Position numbers and translations under genes: made by a program
DNA from: an uncultured Gammaproteobacteria bacterium
GTDB lineage: Bacteria > Patescibacteriota > Patescibacteriia > Magasanikbacterales > UBA922
Direction: 5' to 3'
Assembly (NCBI GenBank): GCA_964435035.1
Contig: CAYSXR010000006.1
Location: 420-64,419, forward strand
Length of the DNA stretch: 64,000 nt
The notes under the pieces: model-generated
Database searches by the model: none
What the model saw: the letters and a program-made list of their open reading frames with translations, nothing else
What the model was told of the DNA's origin: nothing
Part shown: positions 27,576-37,229 of the stretch, piece after piece
Layout of the letters: each line of letters opens with the position of its first letter
How positions within the stretch are numbered: the first letter of the stretch is position 1

Positions 27576-29336
27576 TTAGTCTTTGCTTGCGCGGAGTACT
27601 TCTTCGATAGTTGTCATACCTTGTTTTGCCTTGATCAGTCCATCTTGAAATAGAGTAAGCATGCCGTTTTTTATAGCGTGTGCTTTGATATCATTTGCAT
27701 TAGCTTTGGTATTAATAATTTTCTGAAGTTCTTCATCGATTACCATTACTTCATAAATTCCGATACGACCTTTGTATCCAGAGCCTTCACATTTTTTACA
27801 TCCTTTGCCTCGGTAAAAGGTAAGTGATTCAAGAGTTTTTTCTTTTGCGGTGAGCGTTGCTCCATGCTCTTTGAAAAGAGTAGTCATTTTTGATTTATCA
27901 ATGAGAGAATGTAGTTGTTTTAATTCTTTTGCTGTTAGTTTAAATGACTCTTTGCAATTGGGGCATATTTTTCTGACCAATCGCTGTGCAATAATAATAT
28001 TGGCGGTGAATGCTACCAAGAATGGCGGTATATCCATGTCGAGCAAACGAGGAATCGTTGTTGGCGCATCATTGGTGTGCAATGTTGATAATACTAAGTG
28101 TCCGGTCATGGCTGCGTGAATGGCGATTTCCGCAGTTTCCTTATCACGAATTTCTCCTACCATAATAATGTCAGGATCTTGGCGAAGGAACGAGCGAAGA
28201 CCTGAAGCGAAGGTAAATCCAGCTTTGGGATTGATCTGGCTTTGATTAATACCAGTCACATGATATTCGATCGGATCCTCAATCGTACAGATATTCACAT
28301 CTGGCTGATTAAGCATTCCTAATATGGAATAGAGTGTGGTAGTTTTTCCTGACCCTGTTGGACCAGTTACCAATACCATACCGTGTGGTTTTTCAATCGC
28401 CTCATCAACCAGCTCTTTGATTCCAGGTAAAAATCCAAGTTCATCGAGGGTTAATGGTTTTTGTCCTTCATGGAGAAGACGCATTACAATCTTTTCTCCG
28501 TCGTATACTGGAATGATCGAGACACGAAATGATAATGTTTCTCCTTGAACAGAGATTTTAAATCGTCCATCCTGCGGAATCATGTGTTCATCAATTTTTA
28601 AGTTTGATAAAATTTTAATTCGGGCAACAATACCACTCTGCACCGCTTTCGGTAAGTGCATCATTTCGCGTAGGATTCCATCAATACGAAATCGAACAAC
28701 CACATCGAGTTCTGTTGGTTCGATATGAATATCACTAGAGTTCTCGAATACCGAATGTTCAAGAATCGAGTTCACAATATTAATAATCGGAAGTTCCTCA
28801 GCAGCCTTTTTGAGGTCTGTTGGATCTGAATGTGCAAGCGGTTGACTCAGTTCTTGTTTGAGGTTTGATCGGTATCTACGTAATGCTTCCTTGGTTTCGC
28901 GAGGAGTGGTGATAAAGACTTCAAGATCTTTTCTACTTTTTCTTCGAATAAATTCGATGGTCTGTACGTCGGTCGGATCCGTAAGAGCGATTTTGAGAGA
29001 TGTTGGTGTGCTTTCAAATGCTACAATGTGGTGTGCTTCGGCAAATGCCTCAGGTAATTCATGTAATGTTTCAGAAGGAATATCGCGTCCTTTCAGGGAA
29101 ACTCGAGATAATCCATATTCTTCAGCAACCGCTTCGCATAGAGCATCTTCTTTGACCACATTCTTTTCAATCAGATATGTTTCCAAATCGCGACCCCGGT
29201 TCTGTGCATCTTCAAGATGGGTAGCAATTTGTGCTGCGGTTAATTTGAATTTTTTAGCAAGAAGTTTTTTGAACTCTTCCAAAGGTAACATAAGAAAGTG
29301 AGTTGATGCTCGACTAATCAGTGCATAGTATAGCAT
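27576..29336 (-). CDS. pilB: Type IV pilus assembly ATPase PilB (GspE family)
   Basis: Walker A VLVTGPTGSGKTTTLYS, Asp and His boxes, and a tetracysteine motif (CPNC...CKKCEGSG). Confidence 0.9.
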   Translation of the reverse strand: MLYYALISRASTHFLMLPLEEFKKLLAKKFKLTAAQIATHLEDAQNRGRDLETYLIEKNVVKEDALCEAVAEEYGLSRVSLKGRDIPSETLHELPEAFAEAHHIVAFESTPTSLKIALTDPTDVQTIEFIRRKSRKDLEVFITTPRETKEALRRYRSNLKQELSQPLAHSDPTDLKKAAEELPIINIVNSILEHSVFENSSDIHIEPTELDVVVRFRIDGILREMMHLPKAVQSGIVARIKILSNLKIDEHMIPQDGRFKISVQGETLSFRVSIIPVYDGEKIVMRLLHEGQKPLTLDELGFLPGIKELVDEAIEKPHGMVLVTGPTGSGKTTTLYSILGMLNQPDVNICTIEDPIEYHVTGINQSQINPKAGFTFASGLRSFLRQDPDIIMVGEIRDKETAEIAIHAAMTGHLVLSTLHTNDAPTTIPRLLDMDIPPFLVAFTANIIIAQRLVRKICPNCKESFKLTAKELKQLHSLIDKSKMTTLFKEHGATLTAKEKTLESLTFYRGKGCKKCEGSGYKGRIGIYEVMVIDEELQKIINTKANANDIKAHAIKNGMLTLFQDGLIKAKQGMTTIEEVLRASKD

Positions 29337-29562
29337 ATTTTTATATCACGTACTATGAGATTAAAAATTAAAGACTGAAGAATGAAGATTGATATAAAGG
29401 TATCCCATTTTTAATCTTTAATCTTCAATTTTTCCGTGCTAACCACTCTATTGACAAATACCTTATACATTGATATAGTCTCCGCGGTCGTAAAAATAAA
29501 ATTGGTGTCGTTTTAGTATCTAAAAATATTTAATTTAACGTGTATTTTGAAAGGTCAAAGTT

Positions 29563-30081
29563 ATGAAAAAGTATGAGATATTGTGCGTACTCCCAGGCAC
29601 ACTCGCTGAAGACGAGGTAGCTCCGATTGCTGCACAGATCGAAACTCAGCTCAAAGCGCATGGGGCTGAAGAAATCAAAAGAACCGATTTGGGTAAAAGT
29701 AGACTTGCATACCCAATGAAGCATATCCGATACGGATATTTTGAGTTTTTTACAATAGAGATTCTCCCGGAGAAAGTTCTGGCACTCGAACAGAGTATTA
29801 GACTTATTGGGGGTATCCTCCGAGTAGGAATCCAGGTACATGATTCCAAGCAAAAAAGTACGATTACTCTGGCTATCGACCCTACAGCCTTGAGTGCACC
29901 TCCAAAAGCTGATTTGCCTACTCGTTCGGGTCGACCTGAGGTTCGAAGAGAGCATAAAGAACGCCCTGAAGTAGTATCTGAAGAGAAAAAAGAGAGTGCT
30001 CCAGCTGAATCAAGTCTCAATTTGGAAAATATTGGTGAAAAGCTTGATGAGATATTGCAGAAAGATATTGATAAGGTATAA
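29563..30081 (+). CDS. rpsF: 30S ribosomal protein S6 (with C-terminal extension)
   Basis: MKKYEILCVL...SRLAYPMKHIRYGYF matches S6. The rpsF-ssb-rpsR operon order is present. Confidence 0.8.
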   Translation: MKKYEILCVLPGTLAEDEVAPIAAQIETQLKAHGAEEIKRTDLGKSRLAYPMKHIRYGYFEFFTIEILPEKVLALEQSIRLIGGILRVGIQVHDSKQKSTITLAIDPTALSAPPKADLPTRSGRPEVRREHKERPEVVSEEKKESAPAESSLNLENIGEKLDEILQKDIDKV

Positions 30082-30148
30082 TGAGAATAAGTCCTAGTCG
30101 TTCCCTAAACCAAGGAGGGTTCGGCACTTATTTATAACTCATTTCTCT

Positions 30149-30595
30149 ATGGACCTGAATCGAGCTATGATCCTCGGGCGTCTAACCCGGGATCCTGAAG
30201 TCAGAAGTACCCCTTCTGGTCAAAGTGTCGCAAATATCGGTGTAGCAACAAGCAGAGTGTGGAAAGATGCCTCAGGTACGCGTCAAGAGCGCCCTGAATA
30301 CCACAATGTGGTGTTATGGGGAAAGCTTGCAGACATCTCGGGCCAATATCTCGGAAAAGGACGTCGTGTGTATATCGAAGGACGTCTGGAAACGAGAGAA
30401 TGGACCGGTCAAGATGGTGTGAAACGCTATCGAACCGAGGTAATTGCAGAAAATCTAATTATGCTTGATGCGCCACGAGGTGGTGCAGGCAGCCAAGGAG
30501 AATCATTTGGAGGAGGAAAAGAAGAAGATGAGAGACCAAGTGCTCCAACAAGTGCCCCTGATGATGAAATAAAAGTAGAAGATATCCCGTTTTAA
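30149..30595 (+). CDS. ssb: Single-stranded DNA-binding protein
   Basis: An OB-fold N-terminus (NRAMILGRLTRDPEVR), a Gly-rich linker, and an acidic tail ending DIPF. Confidence 0.9.
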   Translation: MDLNRAMILGRLTRDPEVRSTPSGQSVANIGVATSRVWKDASGTRQERPEYHNVVLWGKLADISGQYLGKGRRVYIEGRLETREWTGQDGVKRYRTEVIAENLIMLDAPRGGAGSQGESFGGGKEEDERPSAPTSAPDDEIKVEDIPF

Positions 30596-30612
30596 TCAAC
30601 ATGAAGTAACGT

Positions 30613-30846
30613 ATGAATCCAGTGAAAAATCAAAAACTGAAAAAGCAAAAACAATGCTTCTTCTGTATCGACAAGAAAAAACATATTGATTACAAAGACA
30701 ATGAATCACTTCGCCGGTTTACCTCTTCATATATGAAGATCCAACCTCGACGAAGAAGTGGTCTCTGCGCAAAACACCAGCGTCAGATTGCACGAGCAAT
30801 CAAGCAGGCACGTATCGCAGGACTTCTCGCCTTTGTACCGAAATAA
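30613..30846 (+). CDS. rpsR: 30S ribosomal protein S18
   Basis: CFFCIDKKKHIDYKDNESLRRF plus a basic C-terminus. Confidence 0.85.
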   Translation: MNPVKNQKLKKQKQCFFCIDKKKHIDYKDNESLRRFTSSYMKIQPRRRSGLCAKHQRQIARAIKQARIAGLLAFVPK

Positions 30847-30862
30847 ATCTCAATAGAAGTTA

Positions 30863-30896
30863 AAACACTCTGACTCAAATCGGAGTGTTTTTTATT
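30863..30896 (+). terminator. Rho-independent terminator after rpsR
   Basis: AACACTC-tgactcaaatcg-GAGTGTT followed by TTTTTATTTT. Confidence 0.65.
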
Positions 30897-30904
30897 TTAA
30901 AAAA

Positions 30905-30960
30905 ATAGTAATTAACAACTAACAATTAACAAATGAAACTTTTTGTTCATTGTTAGTTGT
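30905..30960. promoter_or_regulatory. Imperfect inverted repeat upstream of the pilin operon
   Basis: AACAACTAACAATTAACAAATGAA ... TTCATTGTTAGTTGTT, followed by a TTGAAT ... TGgTATACT promoter-like sequence before 31021. Confidence 0.35.
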
Positions 30961-31020
30961 TCTGTGTTAGTTTGAATTTGTGGTATACTTATCAAAAATC
31001 TATAGTGAAAATAAAAAAAT

Positions 31021-31467
31021 ATGGAGACTGTAGAAAAAAATCATCATCTCGAAAGAGAAAAAAATAAAGAACGTAGAGAAGAAAAAGAAGGGGAAGTAAG
31101 TGAAGAATTAAAAGCTGCAGCTACGCGTGAACGAGCTGAATATCTCATAAAAGAAGTAAAAAGCACTACCAAGCAAGTACAGAATTTGGTACTGCATATT
31201 CAGCACGTGGTAGCAGCAATTAATGCACTGAAGACACAATTGCAACTAACTTCAAAAGAAGATCCATCCTCAGTGGTACAGGATGCAAAAATGGTAGGTG
31301 TATTAAAACAAAAGATTATTCAACATAAAAAAGAATTAGTAGAAATGAAGGAGGATTTAATAGAAGCACTGATGAAAGAAGAGGGGAATAAATCTCATAC
31401 AATAAAAACAAAGGAAGAGGTTGTGCAAATTGTTCAAAGAATTATGAATGAATTAAGTGTCGAGTAA
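31021..31467 (+). CDS. Hypothetical coiled-coil protein (Glu/Lys-rich)
   Basis: A 148-aa charged helical protein that is the first gene of the pilin operon. Confidence 0.4.
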   Translation: METVEKNHHLEREKNKERREEKEGEVSEELKAAATRERAEYLIKEVKSTTKQVQNLVLHIQHVVAAINALKTQLQLTSKEDPSSVVQDAKMVGVLKQKIIQHKKELVEMKEDLIEALMKEEGNKSHTIKTKEEVVQIVQRIMNELSVE

Positions 31468-31479
31468 CCGTTTTTTTGA

Positions 31480-33252
31480 ATGAAACTAAAGTCTACATTG
31501 AAAGGGTTTACTCTGATTGAGTCAGTCGTTGCACTCGGTATTTTTGGTCTATTTATCGTAGGAATTTATGGAAGTATTCAACTGAGTTTTTCGTTGGTGT
31601 ATCATTCGCGAGTGCGCATTTTGGCAACGGCGGTTCTGAATGAACAGATGGAAATCATACGGAACGTACCATTCGATAGCGTAGGAATTATTAATGGGAG
31701 TCCTTCGGGCGTATTCGAATATACTACAACTACTATTCGAAATGGAATGCATTTTGAAATCATTCGAACTATCCGGAATATTGATGATCCATTTGATGGT
31801 TTGATTGGAGGAATTCCTGCAGACACTGCGCCAAATGATTATAAATTTGTACAGATTGAGGCACGATGTGTTTCGTGTGATCAAGCTGAACCTTTCTCAA
31901 TGTATACCTATATTGCACCCAAATATCTCGAAGGCAATCTCAACCATGGTGCATTGTTTGTCCAGGTAATAGACGCTTATGGAAATCCGGTTACTGGTGC
32001 ATCGGTGACCGTAATTGCAACAAGTACTAATCCTTCCTACAATTTTGTTGATACTACTGATAATAATGGATTTTTGCGTATTTATGATTTAGCCACTGGT
32101 ACTGCAAAATATTTTATACAAGCTACAAAGACAGGTTACACGACAGATAAAACCTACGCACCGAGCTCGACCAACCCAAATCCCACAACCCCACACGTAA
32201 CGATTCTTCAGCAGGCAGTGAGCAATCTCACGCTTACTATTGATGAATTATCGAGTATAACCGTGGAAACAAAAAATGCACAATGTAATACGGCTCCAAA
32301 CGTTCCTTTCCAGATAAAAGGAAGTCGTGCGATTGGAGCAAATCCGAGTGTGTATCTGATAAATCAGAGTTATATAACTAATGGGAGTGGAGTGCAATCA
32401 AACTTGAATGTACCGTGGGATAGCTACGGTATGTCTGTGACGGGGTATGATCTTCTAGGGACTATTCCTGATGTACCCATGACCATATTACCTGGCGCAG
32501 TAGACGTGGGGACATTGATTGTTGGTCCAAACACGACACGATCATTAGTCATACTAGCTGAAAATCAATCAGCTCCTATTGCAAATGCAACGGTAACAAT
32601 TACGGGACCTAATGGATTTTCATCAGTGAAAACAACGGGGGTCGGAAGTATTTCACAGACGGACTGGTCACAAGGGTCAGGTATTGAAGATTTTGGTGAA
32701 GGACTCGGGTACAGTTCGGGAAGTGGAATTGATACACTTACGAGTCCAGGAAATCTCACACTTTCTCAAAATGGTAGTGTGTATGTTTCAAACGGATATC
32801 TCGAATCATCAACAATTGATACCGGAGAAAATGCGCGCTATATCATCTGGTCATGGAATCCAATGGCTCAATCACCTTCAACTACGATACGTTTTCAAAT
32901 GGCAACAAGTCCTTCGAGTACAGGACAAAACTGGGTGTTTCTAGGACCTGATGGAACGGAGAATACATACTTTACACAAAGTAGTGTACATATTTCTGAT
33001 GCTCATGATGGTGAGCAATACATGAGATATCGAGTGTATTTTGATACCCTCGATCCCACTGTTTCACCTCTGCTCTCTGATCTCACCTTTGTGTACACTA
33101 ATGCATGTACACCTCCGGGACAAGTCTATGTGGGAAATTTGGTTGCAGGAGAATATACGATTCGTATTGAAGCCCCAGGTTATGAAGTGTATGAGGAATT
33201 GTTTGAGGTAACAAGCGATCATTTTATTATTGCAGATCTTAATTCTGTATGA
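31480..33252 (+). CDS. Large type IV pilin-like protein with carboxypeptidase-regulatory-like beta-sandwich repeats
   Basis: Class III prepilin signal (K-G|FTLIESVVALGIFGL). Repeated Ig-like modules (GASVTVIATSTN...GFLRIYDLATGTAKYFIQATKTGY; NLVAGEYTIRIEAPGYEVYEE). Confidence 0.7.
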   Translation: MKLKSTLKGFTLIESVVALGIFGLFIVGIYGSIQLSFSLVYHSRVRILATAVLNEQMEIIRNVPFDSVGIINGSPSGVFEYTTTTIRNGMHFEIIRTIRNIDDPFDGLIGGIPADTAPNDYKFVQIEARCVSCDQAEPFSMYTYIAPKYLEGNLNHGALFVQVIDAYGNPVTGASVTVIATSTNPSYNFVDTTDNNGFLRIYDLATGTAKYFIQATKTGYTTDKTYAPSSTNPNPTTPHVTILQQAVSNLTLTIDELSSITVETKNAQCNTAPNVPFQIKGSRAIGANPSVYLINQSYITNGSGVQSNLNVPWDSYGMSVTGYDLLGTIPDVPMTILPGAVDVGTLIVGPNTTRSLVILAENQSAPIANATVTITGPNGFSSVKTTGVGSISQTDWSQGSGIEDFGEGLGYSSGSGIDTLTSPGNLTLSQNGSVYVSNGYLESSTIDTGENARYIIWSWNPMAQSPSTTIRFQMATSPSSTGQNWVFLGPDGTENTYFTQSSVHISDAHDGEQYMRYRVYFDTLDPTVSPLLSDLTFVYTNACTPPGQVYVGNLVAGEYTIRIEAPGYEVYEELFEVTSDHFIIADLNSV

Positions 33253-33872
33253 GTGTTTCTAGACAAAGTAAAAATTACTTTCGTGGTATGAGCCTGCTTG
33301 AGGTGATGGTAGTACTTGGAATCACGATGATTGTATTGCTCGGAGCAACCTCTTTTATTATATTGAGTTTTCGTAATCAGCGTATACTCAATGACCAGCT
33401 ATTTGGACAAAAAGATGCTCGTCGAGTAATTTCTGAAATGGTAAACACCATTAGAACTGCCGAAGAATCAAGTATTGGTTCATATCCGGTTGCAGAAGCT
33501 ACCACTTCATCTCTTACCGTGTACGCAAATATTGATGGGGATAGTTTACGCGAACGAGTACATTATTGGTTATCAGGAACTGATTTGAAAAGAGGAATAT
33601 TAAAACCAAGCGGTAATCCTTTGAGTTATACAGGTCAGGAACAGGTGACGACGATCGCAAGTTATGTACAGAATGCAAATAGAGGTACTCCAACATTTCA
33701 ATATTTTACAGAAAGCTATACGGGGTCGCAAAGTGCAATGACTCTACCAATTACGATTACGAATATTCGAATGATACAAATTATTATTGAGATTGAAAAA
33801 GATCAGACCAAGAGTCCAGTACCACTCCGAGTGGAATCGCTCACTCAAATTAGAAATCTGAAAACAAATTGA
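33249..33872 (+). CDS. Type IV pilin/pseudopilin-like protein
   Basis: Prepilin leader ending FRG|MSLLEVMVVLGITMIVLLG. 207 aa. Confidence 0.65.
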   Translation: MSVSRQSKNYFRGMSLLEVMVVLGITMIVLLGATSFIILSFRNQRILNDQLFGQKDARRVISEMVNTIRTAEESSIGSYPVAEATTSSLTVYANIDGDSLRERVHYWLSGTDLKRGILKPSGNPLSYTGQEQVTTIASYVQNANRGTPTFQYFTESYTGSQSAMTLPITITNIRMIQIIIEIEKDQTKSPVPLRVESLTQIRNLKTN

Positions 33873-33925
33873 CGTGCCTTGTATCTTATTTCGAGTGATC
33901 CTGACCTTGTCAGGTGAGCTAAAGA

Positions 33926-35347
33926 ATGTATGTTAGTGAAACTATGTTGAAAGCAAAAAAACAATGTAAAAAAAGGTATCAAGGAACCACACTTCTCATT
34001 GTGATGGTTTTTGGATCAATAGCTTTTGTGATTATGGTATTGGGTATTTTGAGCTATGCTTTGTTTGAACATAGAATTTCACTGGAGTACTACCGACGGG
34101 ATGTCACTTTTCATGTAGCTGAAGCAGGTATTAATTATTATCGCTGGCACCTCGCACATAATCCTACCGACTTTACTGATGGTACGGGAGCTCCTGGTCC
34201 GTATGTTCATACTATGAAAGATAAGTTTGATAATACAGTGGGAAGCTATGCTATTAGTATTTCAACTCCATTACCAAATTCTTCAGTTATTGCTGTAGTA
34301 TCCACAGGGACAATTGCCGCCTCTCCTAATGCTAATCGTGCTCTAAAGGTGCGATTGGGTTTTCCTTCATTTACTGATAGTGCATTTATAGAAAACGTTG
34401 ATATGTCATTTAGTGCGACGACTGAGGTGCATGGAGATATTATGTCGAATGGCGGAATCAAGTTTGATGGAACGACTGACTCGTGGGTCAGGAGTGCAAA
34501 GTCTACTTATAATTACCAAGGTACCACAAGGCCTGGAATCTGGGGGACTGGTGGACCTACATATTATTGGGAATTTCCTGTTCCTGCGGCTGATTTTGGT
34601 TCGGTATCTGCTGATCTCTCTGCTTTGCGTACCGAGGCGCAGAGTGCGGGTAAATATCTCGCTTCTTCAGGGGGAGAAGGATATCAGATTATATTTAATG
34701 ACACTCAATATACAGTGTACCGAGTAAATACGAGAGATTGTTACTATGGTGAAGGTAGTTGGAGATGGAGTTGGTCGGGATGGTATTGGAATGGGACTTC
34801 ATATTGCTACGATATTGGTACCAAAAGCACGATTGGAACGTATACATTGCCTGCAAATGGTGTAATGTTTGTTGAAGATAATGTATGGCTCGAAGGAACC
34901 GTTGACGGGAGAATAACTATCGGAGTAGGTAATTTCCCCGTACCAAGTAGTCCTAAAAAAGTATTTATTTCGAATAATTTATTGCAAAAACAAAAATCAA
35001 GTGATGATGTGATCGGTATTATTGCTCAGGGTGATATTATTGTTCCCTATGAAGCTCCAAGCACGCTCGAGATAAATGCCGCTGCATTGACACAGTATGC
35101 AAAGATTTTTACACCCTACTATAATCCAAGTCAGCATGCGGGAGCTCTCAAAAATTCTCTTACCTTTTTTGGTTCGCAGATTTCGTATGCTGGTGGGGGC
35201 TGGAAATATATCAATACAGGTGGACAAGTGATTTCAGGATACTATTACACCAATCATGTGTATGATGGAAATTTGAAATATTATCCACCACCTGGATTTC
35301 CCGTAGGTTCAACATATGAACTTATTAGTTGGGAAGAGGTAAAATAA
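33926..35347 (+). CDS. Minor pilin-like protein (PilX-like N-terminal hydrophobic helix)
   Basis: QGTTLLIVMVFGSIAFVIMVLGI is an N-terminal hydrophobic helix without the conserved Glu5. A large Gly/Thr/Tyr-rich ectodomain follows. Confidence 0.45.
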   Translation: MYVSETMLKAKKQCKKRYQGTTLLIVMVFGSIAFVIMVLGILSYALFEHRISLEYYRRDVTFHVAEAGINYYRWHLAHNPTDFTDGTGAPGPYVHTMKDKFDNTVGSYAISISTPLPNSSVIAVVSTGTIAASPNANRALKVRLGFPSFTDSAFIENVDMSFSATTEVHGDIMSNGGIKFDGTTDSWVRSAKSTYNYQGTTRPGIWGTGGPTYYWEFPVPAADFGSVSADLSALRTEAQSAGKYLASSGGEGYQIIFNDTQYTVYRVNTRDCYYGEGSWRWSWSGWYWNGTSYCYDIGTKSTIGTYTLPANGVMFVEDNVWLEGTVDGRITIGVGNFPVPSSPKKVFISNNLLQKQKSSDDVIGIIAQGDIIVPYEAPSTLEINAAALTQYAKIFTPYYNPSQHAGALKNSLTFFGSQISYAGGGWKYINTGGQVISGYYYTNHVYDGNLKYYPPPGFPVGSTYELISWEEVK

Positions 35348-35362
35348 AGTAAAAAGTAAAAA

Positions 35363-35384
35363 CCCTGCCTGCCGGCAGGCAGGG
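35363..35384 (+). terminator. GC hairpin CCCTGCCTGCCGGCAGGCAGGG
   Basis: A perfect palindrome immediately after the pilin operon. The same core recurs at 37189..37208. Confidence 0.55.
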
Positions 35385-35507
35385 AAAAAGGCAAAAGATA
35401 TATACAGGACAAAATAATGAAATGTGTATTTTCTTTTCACCTTTTACTTTTTCCTTTTAACTTTGCTTTGTGATATACTATCCCCAATCTTATTGTAAAA
35501 AGAAAGT

Positions 35508-36344
35508 ATGAAGAAAGTTCGTAAAGGTGTAATCACTGTTGCAGGCTTAGGCACGCGGTTTCTTCCTGCTACCAAAGCCATGCCAAAAGAAATGTTGCCG
35601 GTACTTGATAAACCAGTACTTCAATATATTGTAGAAGAAATGGTAGCAAGTGGAATCACTGAAATTATTTTTGTTACTAGTTCACAAAAGCGGGCGATAG
35701 AAGATCATTTTGATCGAGATCGTGATTTTGAAGCATATCTGGAAAGCCAGGGAAAACTCGACCGTATACAATCTCTCATAGATCTAAGTGAAAAAGTACG
35801 ATTTTTTTATACCAGACAAGCTGAACCACGAGGTAACGGACATGCATTATTGTGCGCAAAAGAGTTTGTTGGAGATGAACCATTCGCATTTTCAGATGGA
35901 GATAGTATTATTGATGCCAAAACTCCGGTAATAAAGCAGCTGTTAGATATTTTTTATAAAAAGAAAGCTTCGGTAATCGGTGTTCAAAAAATGGAAGATA
36001 CCGAAGAAATGAGAAAGTACGGTAATGTATATGGGAAGCCGCTGGGGAAAGGTGTCTATCGAGTAAATGAATTTCGTGAAAAACCTCCTCTCGATGGAGT
36101 TTCTCCTATGGGTCTGATTGTAGGCGGAATGCGCTATATTTTCACCAATGATATTTGGAAAATTCTTGATTCTCAAGGAGAAGGAAAAGATGGGGAAATT
36201 TGGCTCTCAGACGCAGCAAATACACTAGCCTCAAAAAAGAAATTTTTTGCGTATGAATATGAGGGAGAATATTTTGATACGGGAAATAAAATAGCGTTAC
36301 TGAAAACTGCAATTCATTTTGCCGAGAAAGAGGGTTTACTCTGA
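35508..36344 (+). CDS. galU: UTP--glucose-1-phosphate uridylyltransferase
   Basis: KGVITVAGLGTRFLPATKAMPKEMLPV N-terminal signature. 278 aa. Confidence 0.85.
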   Translation: MKKVRKGVITVAGLGTRFLPATKAMPKEMLPVLDKPVLQYIVEEMVASGITEIIFVTSSQKRAIEDHFDRDRDFEAYLESQGKLDRIQSLIDLSEKVRFFYTRQAEPRGNGHALLCAKEFVGDEPFAFSDGDSIIDAKTPVIKQLLDIFYKKKASVIGVQKMEDTEEMRKYGNVYGKPLGKGVYRVNEFREKPPLDGVSPMGLIVGGMRYIFTNDIWKILDSQGEGKDGEIWLSDAANTLASKKKFFAYEYEGEYFDTGNKIALLKTAIHFAEKEGLL

Positions 36345-36369
36345 TTCGACCTTACACCTTTTAGATAAT

Positions 36370-37110
36370 ATGAAAAAATGGAAGTGGATATTGATTATAC
36401 TATTAGGAATTTTTGTTACAGGTGGAGCCCCTCATGTGAATGCTCAGATTGGGGAGGCGTGTACAGCTCCACAAGACTGTATTGATCCTGGACTTGAGTG
36501 CATCAATGGTTTCTGTGCGGTGCCTGCAGTGGCAGGAGGTGTGGCGTGTTATCTGGCAAGTAGTAAAACCTGTAGTCAGGCAGAAGCATCAATAGATTTT
36601 TGTATCTCACCCAATCAAAGATTTGATTCGGTATCACTCTGTGAGACATATAGACAAGAACAAAACGCACAAAACACGTATCCGATCGGAGCATGTCGGT
36701 GTGGAAATCAATGTATAAAATATGGGGAAAGTGGTCCAGGGGGGAGTACTGTGACACCTGGGAATTGTGGGACGTGTACGGAAAAAGCAAGTTTTGAAAA
36801 ATGTATTGAAGAAGTGACTCGTGAATCATCATCGTCTACACCACTCTCAGAATATGCGGACCAACTCAATAAACTCAAAGTTGATAATGTACAAGATCTG
36901 ATTGGAATTATTGTTCGAGGAGTCATGGGAGTCATTGGAACTGTTGCATTAGTAATGATGCTCTATGGGGGTATTACCTGGATGACAGCGCGAGGAAATT
37001 CAGAGAGTACGCAGAAAGCTCGTGAGACAATACTATGGGCAGGTCTAGGAATTGTGTTAATTTTTGCAAGTTACGCCCTAGTGGATTTCGTGTTCGAGAT
37101 ATTTCGATAG
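36370..37110 (+). CDS. TrbC/VirB2-like pilin paralog a (Cys-rich ectodomain)
   Basis: A signal/TM helix and a Cys-rich 170-aa head, then the conserved C-terminal domain MLYGGITWMTARGNSESTQKARETILWAGLGIVLIFASYALVDFVF. Confidence 0.6.
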   Translation: MKKWKWILIILLGIFVTGGAPHVNAQIGEACTAPQDCIDPGLECINGFCAVPAVAGGVACYLASSKTCSQAEASIDFCISPNQRFDSVSLCETYRQEQNAQNTYPIGACRCGNQCIKYGESGPGGSTVTPGNCGTCTEKASFEKCIEEVTRESSSSTPLSEYADQLNKLKVDNVQDLIGIIVRGVMGVIGTVALVMMLYGGITWMTARGNSESTQKARETILWAGLGIVLIFASYALVDFVFEIFR

Positions 37111-37184
37111 TTTTCTGGTGGTCTGGTTTACTAGTTTTCTAGTAAAAGAGAAAAATGGTGGTTATAACCAGATAACTAGACAAC
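37109..37184. repeat. Dispersed motif copy 2 (two partial copies in inverted orientation)
   Basis: AGTTTTCTGGTGGTCTGGTTTACTAGTTTTCTAGT and AACCAGATAACTAGACAAC. The palindrome TTTACTAG-TTTT-CTAGTAAA lies within it. Confidence 0.5.
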
Positions 37185-37188
37185 AAGT

Positions 37189-37208
37189 CCTGCCTGCCGG
37201 CAGGCAGG
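37189..37208 (+). terminator. GC hairpin CCTGCCTGCCGGCAGGCAGG (second copy)
   Basis: Identical core to 35363..35384. It follows pilin paralog a. Confidence 0.5.
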
Positions 37209-37229
37209 AAACTAGAAAACTAAAATTTT

